Below are positions 44,650-53,366 of a stretch of 64,000 nucleotides of DNA, one piece after another (position 1 is the first letter of the stretch; every line of letters begins with the position of its first letter). This stretch comes from Terriglobales bacterium (GTDB lineage Bacteria > Acidobacteriota > Terriglobia > Terriglobales > Acidobacteriaceae): the NCBI GenBank assembly GCA_035652095.1, contig DASREM010000056.1, forward strand, positions 199,070 through 263,069, in the 5' to 3' direction. The notes beneath the pieces are model-generated. The model was not told the origin of the DNA. It made no database searches and worked only from the letters and a program-made list of their open reading frames with translations. The position numbers were made by a program, and so were the translations under genes.

Positions 44650-46532
44650 TGCGGCTTCGGCTGGCCTTCATACTCGCGCTAGTGATGGCGGCGGTGGTGG
44701 TGGGGCGGCTTTCCGCTGCCCGGAACAAGCAATTCATCGCCAACACCAAGCACGATTTCCGGATCACCTCGGGGGCAGGCATCCGCTCCACGTCGAAGCA
44801 GGATGTCTGCATGTTTTGCCATACTCCGCATAACGCCGGGCCGCCCACGACCGGGATGTGGAACCGGAAACTTTCGCAGCGTGAATTTCCCGGCTACAAC
44901 AGCAGCACGCTTCAGTCCACCATCACCCCGATCAATGCGCAGGACGCATCGAAACTCTGCCTGAGCTGCCATGATGGCACCATCGCGCTTGGCGACACAC
45001 AGAACGAGGGATTGATCCAGTTCGTGCAGGGGGCGAGTTACACCTTGCCTCCCAACTCGACGGCGAACCTGGTGGGGGCAAACGGAACCTTTGCCGACGA
45101 TCATCCATTTGGCTTCGTTCCAAGGCGAACCGCAGACATTCACGATCCACCGCCGGGCGATGCGGTGCATCTCGACAGCAGCGGCAAAGTGCAGTGCACC
45201 AGTTGTCATGATCCACACCAGGAGTCGATTGATTCAGTGTCGGACAAATTCCTGGTCAAGTCGAATGACTCCTCTCTGCTTTGCCAGAGCTGCCATTCCA
45301 CGCAGGGCTGGGCAAGGTCGTCCCATTCCCGACCGCCCGACCTGGCCGAGGACCTGCGCTACACCAGCACGCAGGGCGCGCATACCGGCTATACGGGCGT
45401 GGGAAAAAATGGATGCGAGAGTTGTCACCGGCCGCATTCCGCGCAAGTGGGCCAGCGGCTTCTGAAATTAGCCGAAGAGAATACCTGTTACCAATGCCAC
45501 GATGGGTCGGTCACCACGATCGGCATCAAGAACGAGTTCGTGAAGACCTACCGCCACCCGGTGCAGACTGTCTCGGGTATACACGACGATTCCGAGAGCC
45601 CGACGTCCGCGCTGTACCCGATGCCGGAAATCAGCCCCGGTGCGGTGCGCCATGCCGAGTGCATGGATTGTCACAATGCCCACTATGCCAATAACACTCC
45701 GGGACAGGCGCCAGTGGTAAGCGGCTCAGTGCTGGGAGTGAAAGGCCAGTCGCAGGGGAACACCTTCCTGCCAATCGCGAGGAACGAATACGAGATCTGC
45801 TTCAAATGTCACGCTGACAGCGCCAATCGTCCGCAGGCGACTGACACGGGCACGGGCGGAATCGGCTTTGGAAGAAATCCGCAGCGCCAGTTCGACGCGG
45901 GAAATCCGAACAAGGGCAACGCTCGCGTGGAGTTTTCTTTCGGCGTGTCGTACCACCCGGTAGTGCGCCCGGCGAGCCTCTCGAGCGGCGTGGGGGGAAT
46001 GGTGCCCAGCCTGCGCCCAGCTCCGGTCAGTCCCGGTGGGCTTGCGCTTCCGAATCGTACGCTGTCTTCCTCCAGCTACATCTACTGCACGGATTGTCAT
46101 AACAGCGACACGGGACGGAACCTGGGAGTGGGGACTTCGGGCGCATCCGGCCCGCACGCCTCCAACATTGCCCATCTGCTCGAGCGGCAGAACATGCTGG
46201 AACCGCCACCCGCGCTGCCGGGCAAGAGTTCGGCAGGCGTGCCCTTTTCGGTCAGCAACTATGGGCTCTGCGACAAGTGTCACGACGTGCAGAACAGCAT
46301 CCTGCGAGACGTGAGCTTCAAGTATCACAGCACGCACACGCAGCAGGACGGCGCATCGTGCTCCACCTGCCATGATCCGCACTCGTCGTCTTCTCCGATG
46401 CTGATCAATTTTGACTTGAGCATCGTGGCGCCGAACAGCGCGGGTCAACTCGCTTTCGTGCAGAGCGGCCCCCGGCATGGCAGCTGCAGTCTCAGCTGCC
46501 ACGGGCAAGACCATAAGAGTTCCACCTACTGA
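44646..46532 (+). CDS. Large multiheme c-type cytochrome (Cyt C; 11 CXXCH + 1 CX3CH)
   Basis: The start (GTG 44646 or ATG 44649) overlaps the NHL-2 stop. Signal/anchor MMRLRLAFILALVMAAVVVGRLSAA. CXXCH motifs: CMFCH, CLSCH, CTSCH, CQSCH, CESCH, CYQCH, CMDCH, CFKCH, CTDCH, CDKCH, CSTCH. Terminal CSLSCH. Many are of the C..CH.PH / C..CHD type, as in doubled-CXXCH cytochromes. Confidence 0.9.
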   Translation: MMRLRLAFILALVMAAVVVGRLSAARNKQFIANTKHDFRITSGAGIRSTSKQDVCMFCHTPHNAGPPTTGMWNRKLSQREFPGYNSSTLQSTITPINAQDASKLCLSCHDGTIALGDTQNEGLIQFVQGASYTLPPNSTANLVGANGTFADDHPFGFVPRRTADIHDPPPGDAVHLDSSGKVQCTSCHDPHQESIDSVSDKFLVKSNDSSLLCQSCHSTQGWARSSHSRPPDLAEDLRYTSTQGAHTGYTGVGKNGCESCHRPHSAQVGQRLLKLAEENTCYQCHDGSVTTIGIKNEFVKTYRHPVQTVSGIHDDSESPTSALYPMPEISPGAVRHAECMDCHNAHYANNTPGQAPVVSGSVLGVKGQSQGNTFLPIARNEYEICFKCHADSANRPQATDTGTGGIGFGRNPQRQFDAGNPNKGNARVEFSFGVSYHPVVRPASLSSGVGGMVPSLRPAPVSPGGLALPNRTLSSSSYIYCTDCHNSDTGRNLGVGTSGASGPHASNIAHLLERQNMLEPPPALPGKSSAGVPFSVSNYGLCDKCHDVQNSILRDVSFKYHSTHTQQDGASCSTCHDPHSSSSPMLINFDLSIVAPNSAGQLAFVQSGPRHGSCSLSCHGQDHKSSTY

Positions 46533-46538
46533 GCTTTG

Positions 46539-46973
46539 TTAGTGGGCTTTCTGCAGCGTCTCTGGGACTTTCTGTTCTATCACCTGCTGCTTGTAGCAGT
46601 ATTGTTTCTCGTTGTGCCCCATCCCGGTAGGATCGGTTTTCTGCTTGGGGGTGAGCACGATGACGGAATCACGTTTTCCCGGGATGCCGCCCTTCACGGG
46701 CCCCTTGGCACGATAGCTGCCAGAGATGCCGCTTTCGGCATAGTGCCCAGAGGTAAATTTGATGGCTCCCGACGCCGGAGTGTAAGAGTAGTTGCCCTTG
46801 GAGCCGGAAACTTCGTAGGTTCCGTCCGCGTGCATTTGCAGGTTGGCAATATCGAAGAACTGTCCCTCCCCGACCACCACGCAGCCATAGCGGCCTGCCG
46901 GCGCTTTCTCCTTCTTCTGCTGAGCGATTGCCGGCATAGAAATCAGGATTAGAAGCATGAGAACACTTTTCAC
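46539..46973 (-). CDS. Small secreted hypothetical protein
   Basis: ORF 46539..47030. GTG at 46973 is preceded by AGGGGAG, giving signal peptide VKSVLMLLILISMPAIAQQ. Convergent with Cyt C across a 6-nt gap. Confidence 0.45.
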   Translation of the reverse strand: MKSVLMLLILISMPAIAQQKKEKAPAGRYGCVVVGEGQFFDIANLQMHADGTYEVSGSKGNYSYTPASGAIKFTSGHYAESGISGSYRAKGPVKGGIPGKRDSVIVLTPKQKTDPTGMGHNEKQYCYKQQVIEQKVPETLQKAH

Positions 46974-46992
46974 GGACGCTCCCCTTACAAAC

Positions 46993-48465
46993 TTATTTTC
47001 GTACGAGAATGATACATTGGCCGTCTTCATAAATGATTTCGTATTTGTCCAGGTTGGCCAGGATAAAAGTCAGGGCTACGCCCTTGGGTGCGAGGATGAC
47101 CTTTGCCTGATCCAACTGTGGATTTGTCAACCACGCGGGTTTTCCGTCCCAACTATCTTCCACCAAGGTCAGGAACTCGTCGCCGTAGAGATTGGTCCGG
47201 CCGTCGATGGCAACTTGCATCTCGGGAAGCTTCCAGATGAGGTACCCTCCCCAGTCCAGCAGGCTGAATAGAGGACCGCTGTAATGCGCGGATTCCAGGA
47301 AGTGGCAGGCCTGGGAGGGATAGATACTGTCTACCTGCGTCTTGAGTGCGTTCTCGTCGAAGTTAGGGCTCAGCGAAGCCGCGACTGCGATGACGAAACA
47401 CGTAATTACGAGGACGATCGGCTTGTGCCACTCCGGAGTTCTCGCGCCTGGCCGCCGGTCTGAAACCACTGCGAGGATTGCTAACCCCACCGTGACCAGG
47501 AACCACGAATCGCGCTCGGCACGAAATGCCGCCATGGTGAAAGCCACAAACAGAATGACAAATAGAGGGCGAAACTGCCGCCGGTAGCCTAACGACAACG
47601 CCACGACCAAGGCCAGCATGAGCTCGACGTAATCTTTTATCCGCCGGAAGTCCAGCGCCTGCAGTTCGATGATGATGTCGAAGGCTTTGGTCTGGGTCGC
47701 GTACTGCCAAACGACCGTGTAGATTCCGACGAAGTAAGGGTTAAGCAGCGTCGCCGCAAACGAAGCTGCGAGCAACTTCCAGAGAACCTGTGAGACGGCC
47801 CACTCCTCCGGACTGACCGGTTGCCGCAGCAGTTTTCGAATCCATGGCTCGGCTGCGGCAACCGCCAGGGTGAACAGACCGTAGACAAACTGGATGTGCA
47901 GGTTTGCCCACAGCAGATATAGCAAGGGAATCCACCAACCATAGCGGGCATTATGCTCGATTCGAGCTCGCAACAGATAGTCGAGCTGAAGGATAAAGAA
48001 CAGCACAGTGAACAGGCCGGGGCGTGGCCAGAGCAAAGGATAGGTGAGATATAAGCCGACCGCAGTCAGCGCGGCCGCAGGTATGGGCTCAACATAACGC
48101 GACAGCAGTCGCAGCAGAGCCCAGGAGATCACCAGGGCCATTAGCGCCGTGTAAAGAACGATCCCCCGCAAGCCCAGGATTCGGTAGAAGCCCCCTAATA
48201 GCAGTTCGAAGAGCCAACTATAGGCAGCCCAGGGGGCACCGGCGCGGGTATAGGAGAACGGGTCGCTATGCGGCAGTGCATGATGTTGCAAGATCCAATT
48301 CGCAGTCTGCAGATGCCAGCCTACGTCCGGATCAATCGCAGCATCGCCCTGGTGCAGGACCATGGCCGCTGGCGTTGCTAATACGGCAATTTGCGCCAGC
48401 ACGGAGATATGTTCTTTTTTCACGCGCAGCAGGCCGGCATGGCAGGGAATTTCTCCATGTCTCAT
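46993..48465 (-). CDS. Polytopic membrane protein, GT-C-fold glycosyltransferase-like (function unassigned)
   Basis: About 11-13 hydrophobic segments followed by a C-terminal soluble domain. An acidic loop (DPDVGWHL...HSDPFSY) near the first TM segments recalls GT-C enzymes. The family is not firmly recognised. Confidence 0.35.
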   Translation of the reverse strand: MRHGEIPCHAGLLRVKKEHISVLAQIAVLATPAAMVLHQGDAAIDPDVGWHLQTANWILQHHALPHSDPFSYTRAGAPWAAYSWLFELLLGGFYRILGLRGIVLYTALMALVISWALLRLLSRYVEPIPAAALTAVGLYLTYPLLWPRPGLFTVLFFILQLDYLLRARIEHNARYGWWIPLLYLLWANLHIQFVYGLFTLAVAAAEPWIRKLLRQPVSPEEWAVSQVLWKLLAASFAATLLNPYFVGIYTVVWQYATQTKAFDIIIELQALDFRRIKDYVELMLALVVALSLGYRRQFRPLFVILFVAFTMAAFRAERDSWFLVTVGLAILAVVSDRRPGARTPEWHKPIVLVITCFVIAVAASLSPNFDENALKTQVDSIYPSQACHFLESAHYSGPLFSLLDWGGYLIWKLPEMQVAIDGRTNLYGDEFLTLVEDSWDGKPAWLTNPQLDQAKVILAPKGVALTFILANLDKYEIIYEDGQCIILVRK

Positions 48466-48663
48466 TATCGGGCGCGGGCAAACATCGCTCTGTGATCCAG
48501 ATCACTGAGCAGCAAGGGGCATAGACGATTCCTGGGATGCCCTCCCGAGATGACATCGCTTCCCCAAATGAAACCGTCGGGCTTTTCTGTTCCGGAATTC
48601 TTTGCATTACCTCCGTTTAAAGTCCCCCTCTTTCCGATGGAACGGGTGAACGGAGTGAACCTC

Positions 48664-50244
48664 ATGCCCGAATCCGAGAAAAAGCAAAGGTCTTCGAAAG
48701 ATGAATCACCGGACAGGCTCGCGCACCTGGCGCGGGCGGTCGAGCAGTCGGCAGACCTGGTCCTGATCACGGATCGGAACGGGGTGATCGAGTACGTGAA
48801 TCCCGCGTTTGAGACCTTGACTGGATATACGCGGGACGAAGCCGTTGGCCGCAACGCGCGCCTGTTGAAGTCCGGCCTGCACGATCCCGCATTCTATGAA
48901 GAGTTGTGGTCCACCATCCTGGCGGGTTCCGTCTTCCGCGGAGCTCTTGCAGACCGCAAGAAAAATGGGGAAATTTTCTTCCTGGAGAAGACCATTACCC
49001 CGATCCGCGATGCGAACAACGAAATCGTGCGCTTCATCTCCAATGATCGCGATATCACCGACCGCAGAAGGCTCGAGGCCCAGTTGCAGCAAGTCCAGAG
49101 GATGGAGGCGCTCGAAGCTTTTGCTGGCGGCGTCGCCCACGACTTCAATAACCTGCTCATGGTGATGAGCGCTTATGCCGAACTTACTCTGGAAGCGCTG
49201 TCCTCCGACAGCCCGCTAAGATCAAACATCAACGAAATCCTGCAGGCGACCCGCCGCGCCACTGACCTTACCCGCCAGCTGCTCGCATTCAGTCGCAAGC
49301 CGAAGAGCCTGGTTCAATCTTTGGATCTAAACTCCGTATTGCGAGACTTGGGGTGTGTGCTCCCCCGCCTTCTCGGCGAGAAGGTGCACCTTCAGATGGT
49401 GCTCGGGGAGGATTTGAGGAACGCGAAGGCCGATCCTGCCGAGATCGAGCAAGTCATTCTCAACCTGGCGGGAAATGCCCGGGACGCTATGCCAAACGGA
49501 GGCCACCTGCGAATACAGACCTCAATGGTTGAACTCGAGGAGAGCTATGTCCAACATCATGCCGTGGCCACTGCGGGCGAATACGTGCTACTTACGATGG
49601 TGGATTCCGGGGAGGGAATTGCCCCGGAGCACATGGCCCACATCTTTGAACCGTTCTACACGACTAAACCCAGAGGGAAAGGCACAGGGTTGGGCCTCGC
49701 TACTGCATACGCCGTGGTGAAGCAGTGTGGCGGACACATCTGGGTGTACAGCGAAAAAGGGCTGGGCACAACTTTCAAGATCTACATTCCCACGGTTGGG
49801 AAGAAACCGGCTCAGGCAAGCGTCTCTCTCGCCCCCGACGCTCCCTCCGGAACAGAGACCATTCTGCTTGTAGAGGACGATCCGGCGCTACGGAAATCCG
49901 AAATGGAATTCCTGAAAGCCAGCGGCTACACGGTTTTGGAGGCGTCTGATAGTGAGGACGCCGTGGAGACGGCGCGCAGCTATTCTGGCGTGATCCACCT
50001 CATGATCACCGATGTTGTCCTTCCGAAGATGGATGGAACTCTGCTCGCGGAAAAAGTGCTCGGACTGAGGCCACAAATGAAGCTGCTGTTTATCTCGGGC
50101 TTTGCAGAGCATAGCGTCTCGCAGCGCGGGCTGGTGAACTCCGAGGGGAATTTTCTCGAGAAACCGTTTACAAGGAGAATTCTAGCCGAGAAAGTACGTC
50201 AGATTCTCGGCGCTTCCGGCCGCGCCATGGCCGCATCAGTCTGA
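48664..50244 (+). CDS. Hybrid sensor histidine kinase (PAS, HisKA, HATPase_c, receiver)
   Basis: ORF 48550..50244. The start is uncertain (48550, 48637 or 48664; 48664 has a GGAG upstream). PAS block VLITDRNGVIEYVNPAFETLTGY. H-box GGVAHDFNNLL. DSGEGI...GTGLGLATAYAVV. Receiver TILLVEDDPALR...LMITDVVLPKMDG. Confidence 0.85.
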   Translation: MPESEKKQRSSKDESPDRLAHLARAVEQSADLVLITDRNGVIEYVNPAFETLTGYTRDEAVGRNARLLKSGLHDPAFYEELWSTILAGSVFRGALADRKKNGEIFFLEKTITPIRDANNEIVRFISNDRDITDRRRLEAQLQQVQRMEALEAFAGGVAHDFNNLLMVMSAYAELTLEALSSDSPLRSNINEILQATRRATDLTRQLLAFSRKPKSLVQSLDLNSVLRDLGCVLPRLLGEKVHLQMVLGEDLRNAKADPAEIEQVILNLAGNARDAMPNGGHLRIQTSMVELEESYVQHHAVATAGEYVLLTMVDSGEGIAPEHMAHIFEPFYTTKPRGKGTGLGLATAYAVVKQCGGHIWVYSEKGLGTTFKIYIPTVGKKPAQASVSLAPDAPSGTETILLVEDDPALRKSEMEFLKASGYTVLEASDSEDAVETARSYSGVIHLMITDVVLPKMDGTLLAEKVLGLRPQMKLLFISGFAEHSVSQRGLVNSEGNFLEKPFTRRILAEKVRQILGASGRAMAASV

Positions 50245-50309
50245 TCTGGAAGCGCCCCTCATTCCGCGCCGCAGAATCCGCTCCCCTATAATGTTCCTTC
50301 CGTGTTCCG

Positions 50310-52127
50310 ATGAATCCAATTGTGTCCCCCGTCCGCGAAGACTCCTCTAGTGCGGCCCGTCGCCCTGGCCGGCCCACCTGCTCGCTCCTGATCATCACCG
50401 CAGTGTGGCTTGTGATTTACGCGGGAAGTATTTTCAGTCCTGCCCTGCTGGACGATGCAGATTCGGTGCACGCGGAAGCCGCCCGCGAAATCCTTCTTCG
50501 GCACGACTGGGTTACGCTGCATATCGATGGCCTGCGATACCTGGAGAAAGCCCCCTTGATGTACTGGGGCATCGCATCCAGCTTCTTGACTTTCGGGGTT
50601 GCGGAATGGAGCGCGAGGTTGCCCCTTGTTCTTGGTGTGCTTGCCTCGCTGCTGGCCGTGTACGCCTTTGGCCGAAAAGCTTACGGCGAACCGGGCGGCT
50701 TCTGGTCGGCCATGGTGATGGCTACTGCGATCGGTCCTTATCTGTTCACCCGGTTCCTGATTCCCGATGTTCTGGTCGGGCTTTGGCTGACTCTCACCTT
50801 CTTATTTTTTCTTGAGACGCTGAAAGATGATGCTCCCTCTCGTCTCGCATGCTGGGGCATGGCGGCTGCGACCGCGCTCAACGTGCTCACCAAAGGACTG
50901 ATTGGCGTCGTCTTTCCAATTGCAGTGATTGGACTGTTCCTGCTGGTGACAGGAAATTTAAAGCACTTGCTTCGTTTGAGATTGGTTTCCAGCACGTTGG
51001 TGTTCCTTGCCATTGGAGCGCCTTGGCATATCCTGGCGGCCCTTCGCAATCCGGACCAAGGTGGTGTTCGGGGTTTCCTCTGGTTTTACTTCGTCAACGA
51101 GCACTTCATGCGCTACCTGAACAAACGGATTCCCCGCGATTACGACACCGTGCCTTTTCTGGTCTTCTGGGGATTGCTCTTGGTGTGGGTTTTTCCCTGG
51201 AGCGCATTTCTTCCGCAGGCGCTGCGTGAGGTTCCGTGGCGCCACCTAAGATCCAGGTTAACAAGAGCGCAGATGGCAAACCTGCTCTGCTTGCTATGGG
51301 CCTTGGTCATCCTGGTTTTCTTCAGCTTTTCCAGCCGTCAGGAGTACTACACCATTCCGGCATTGCCGGCGCTGGCGCTGCTGGTCGGAGGATGGCTTGG
51401 CCGAACCGCGAAAGAGCATAATGCCGGAGTCCGCGCGTCTCTCATTCTGTTTGTGATCGGAAGCGTTGCTGCTGTCGCTGCGTTTGTTGTGCTTGTTTTG
51501 TCGCAGCCTCCGCCACCCGGAGTCGAGCTGGCGAGTCTGCTCAACATGAGAAGCGCACAGGACTATGCCCTTAGTTTTGACCATATCTTCGACCTGACTC
51601 CTCAGGCGTTCGGGATGTTTCGCGCCCCTTTGCTGGGGACGGCCCTGGGGTTGTTTGCCGGCACCGGCTTGAACTGGTGGCTCCGCCGCCGCAACCTGCA
51701 CAGGGCAGGGAATTATGCGTTGGCCGGAATGATGATGGTTCTGCTGTTTTGTGTTCATTCCGCCCTGGTCACGTTTTCACCCATTCTGTCGTCGAAGCAG
51801 CTTGCGCTGGCCATCAAGCCCCACCTGGCACCGTCCGATGAGGTTGTGATCGACGGTGAATATGAACAAGGCTCCACGCTGAATTTTTATCTTGGAGTTC
51901 CGGTTCGCGTGCTGCACGAAAGGTCTGCGAACCTCTATTACGGGTCACTATTTCCGGATGCGCCGGATGTGTTCGAAACGCAAGAAACCTTTTTGCGGTT
52001 GTGGGATGGTCCCCGGCGCGTGTTCCTGTGGACGAGCGAGAAAGACCCGAAAGCGCTTCGCAACGCCTCCAGCTTTCTGGTAGCGCACAGTGGCGGCAAA
52101 TCTGTGTTTACCAATCAGCCGCTTTGA
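50310..52127 (+). CDS. ArnT/PMT-like glycosyltransferase (GT39/GT83, PMT_2 domain)
   Basis: LLDDADSVHAEAAREIL...YLEKAPLMYW is the typical first periplasmic loop of ArnT-like GT-C enzymes. More than 10 TM segments and a C-terminal soluble domain. Confidence 0.75.
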   Translation: MNPIVSPVREDSSSAARRPGRPTCSLLIITAVWLVIYAGSIFSPALLDDADSVHAEAAREILLRHDWVTLHIDGLRYLEKAPLMYWGIASSFLTFGVAEWSARLPLVLGVLASLLAVYAFGRKAYGEPGGFWSAMVMATAIGPYLFTRFLIPDVLVGLWLTLTFLFFLETLKDDAPSRLACWGMAAATALNVLTKGLIGVVFPIAVIGLFLLVTGNLKHLLRLRLVSSTLVFLAIGAPWHILAALRNPDQGGVRGFLWFYFVNEHFMRYLNKRIPRDYDTVPFLVFWGLLLVWVFPWSAFLPQALREVPWRHLRSRLTRAQMANLLCLLWALVILVFFSFSSRQEYYTIPALPALALLVGGWLGRTAKEHNAGVRASLILFVIGSVAAVAAFVVLVLSQPPPPGVELASLLNMRSAQDYALSFDHIFDLTPQAFGMFRAPLLGTALGLFAGTGLNWWLRRRNLHRAGNYALAGMMMVLLFCVHSALVTFSPILSSKQLALAIKPHLAPSDEVVIDGEYEQGSTLNFYLGVPVRVLHERSANLYYGSLFPDAPDVFETQETFLRLWDGPRRVFLWTSEKDPKALRNASSFLVAHSGGKSVFTNQPL

Positions 52128-52163
52128 ATTCCTGGGACTATGTTCGGCGGAGATAGATGAATC

Positions 52164-53324
52164 TCACGAGGGCAGACGAGCAAGCTTTCCATCCTTGAGA
52201 AGGAAAGAGTCGCCTCGCCAGGCCACGGTATGTCCGGTGAAGCTGACGATCCAGACAAACAGCGCGACCAGGTCACGCAATGGAACCAGCCAAATGGTAC
52301 GCCGCAATTGCCGGTCCCCTACCACCTGGCTTCCGACCACAAACGCGACCACCAGGCGCATGCAGACTGTAATCGCCAGGAGCAGCAGCGCCCAGGCGCT
52401 TCGCGACAGCAAAAGGGCGGCAAGCGCCCAGGGTATGCCAAAGGTCAACGCCAGCCCGACGTAGCCCCAGCGCCGTGAATCCCGCGTGCTGCGTGCCCAC
52501 CTCAACTGGTGTCGCACGAAGTCGCCGAACGTGTACGGCGGCAAGAATGTCTCTACTACTCCTGCCGACAACTGCACTGTTCGGCCCGCCTTGGCGATGC
52601 GTTTGCCAAGTTCGTAATCATCCGCGAGGAAGTCAACCAGCACCTCGAACCCGCCAATCGCGTCCAAGTCGCGCCGCTGAAATGCCAGGGTTGAGCCCAA
52701 ACCGAAATGGATTCCTTCCAGTTTCTTAGCTGCCAGCACCCCGGCGATAAAATCGGTGCTGATTCCCACCGACTCCAGGCGCGATCCCAGGGTGGGCGCG
52801 GCAATGCCTCGATACAGGCACGTCACCATTCCTGCGCCCGCGATAAGCGGCGACACGACGGTCTTCAAATAATTTGGCGCGACACGAATATCGCTGTCGT
52901 TGATCACCAGGAATTCATTCCGGGCATAGGCCAGCATCTGTGCCAGATTGCTGACTTTGATGTTGGTCCCCAACCGCTCCGTGCAGACCACCATCTGGAT
53001 TGAGTGACGGGGAAATTCTGCTTTCAGCTTCTCGACAAGCGCGACTGCCGGATCGTCACCGTCGCTGACTCCGAAGATGATTTCGTATGCGGGATAGTCT
53101 TGCAAACAATGACTACGGAAACTCTCATACATCTCCGGATCGGTCCCCTTCAGGGGCTTGAGGATCGATACCGGAGGTGCGCTGGGATCTACCTGCTGCG
53201 GCAATTGCCGCCGCTCCCGAAGAAAGGCCTGTGCGCCCCACAAACAGAGACAGTAGTAGGCAATACTGGAGAGAGCTCCAAGCACAGCCAGGACTATCAG
53301 GGCACCAACCAAATGCGGCAACAT
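52164..53324 (-). CDS. GT2-family glycosyltransferase, ceramide-glucosyltransferase-like (Glyco_transf_21 / HpnI-like)
   Basis: PVSILKPLKGTDP, INDSDIRV (D.D) and RHQLRWARSTR (Q/RxxRW motif). N- and C-terminal TM segments. Confidence 0.7.
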   Translation of the reverse strand: MLPHLVGALIVLAVLGALSSIAYYCLCLWGAQAFLRERRQLPQQVDPSAPPVSILKPLKGTDPEMYESFRSHCLQDYPAYEIIFGVSDGDDPAVALVEKLKAEFPRHSIQMVVCTERLGTNIKVSNLAQMLAYARNEFLVINDSDIRVAPNYLKTVVSPLIAGAGMVTCLYRGIAAPTLGSRLESVGISTDFIAGVLAAKKLEGIHFGLGSTLAFQRRDLDAIGGFEVLVDFLADDYELGKRIAKAGRTVQLSAGVVETFLPPYTFGDFVRHQLRWARSTRDSRRWGYVGLALTFGIPWALAALLLSRSAWALLLLAITVCMRLVVAFVVGSQVVGDRQLRRTIWLVPLRDLVALFVWIVSFTGHTVAWRGDSFLLKDGKLARLPS

Positions 53325-53366
53325 ACATTCTCAGGGTATCAGAGCGTGGTTTATTAAAGGCATTTT

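Noticed and set aside
38967-46532. Whether the cytochrome cluster is simply a known enzyme system such as NrfAH nitrite reductase, hydroxylamine/hydrazine oxidoreductase or MtrCAB.
   Set aside because: There is no CXXCK (NrfA) motif, and heme counts of 7/4/11+1 do not match the Nrf (5/4), HAO (8) or MtrA/MtrC (10/10) patterns. No NrfD/NrfH-like membrane subunit is present. The NHL and barrel content is also inconsistent with those systems. Without a database search, distant homology cannot be excluded.
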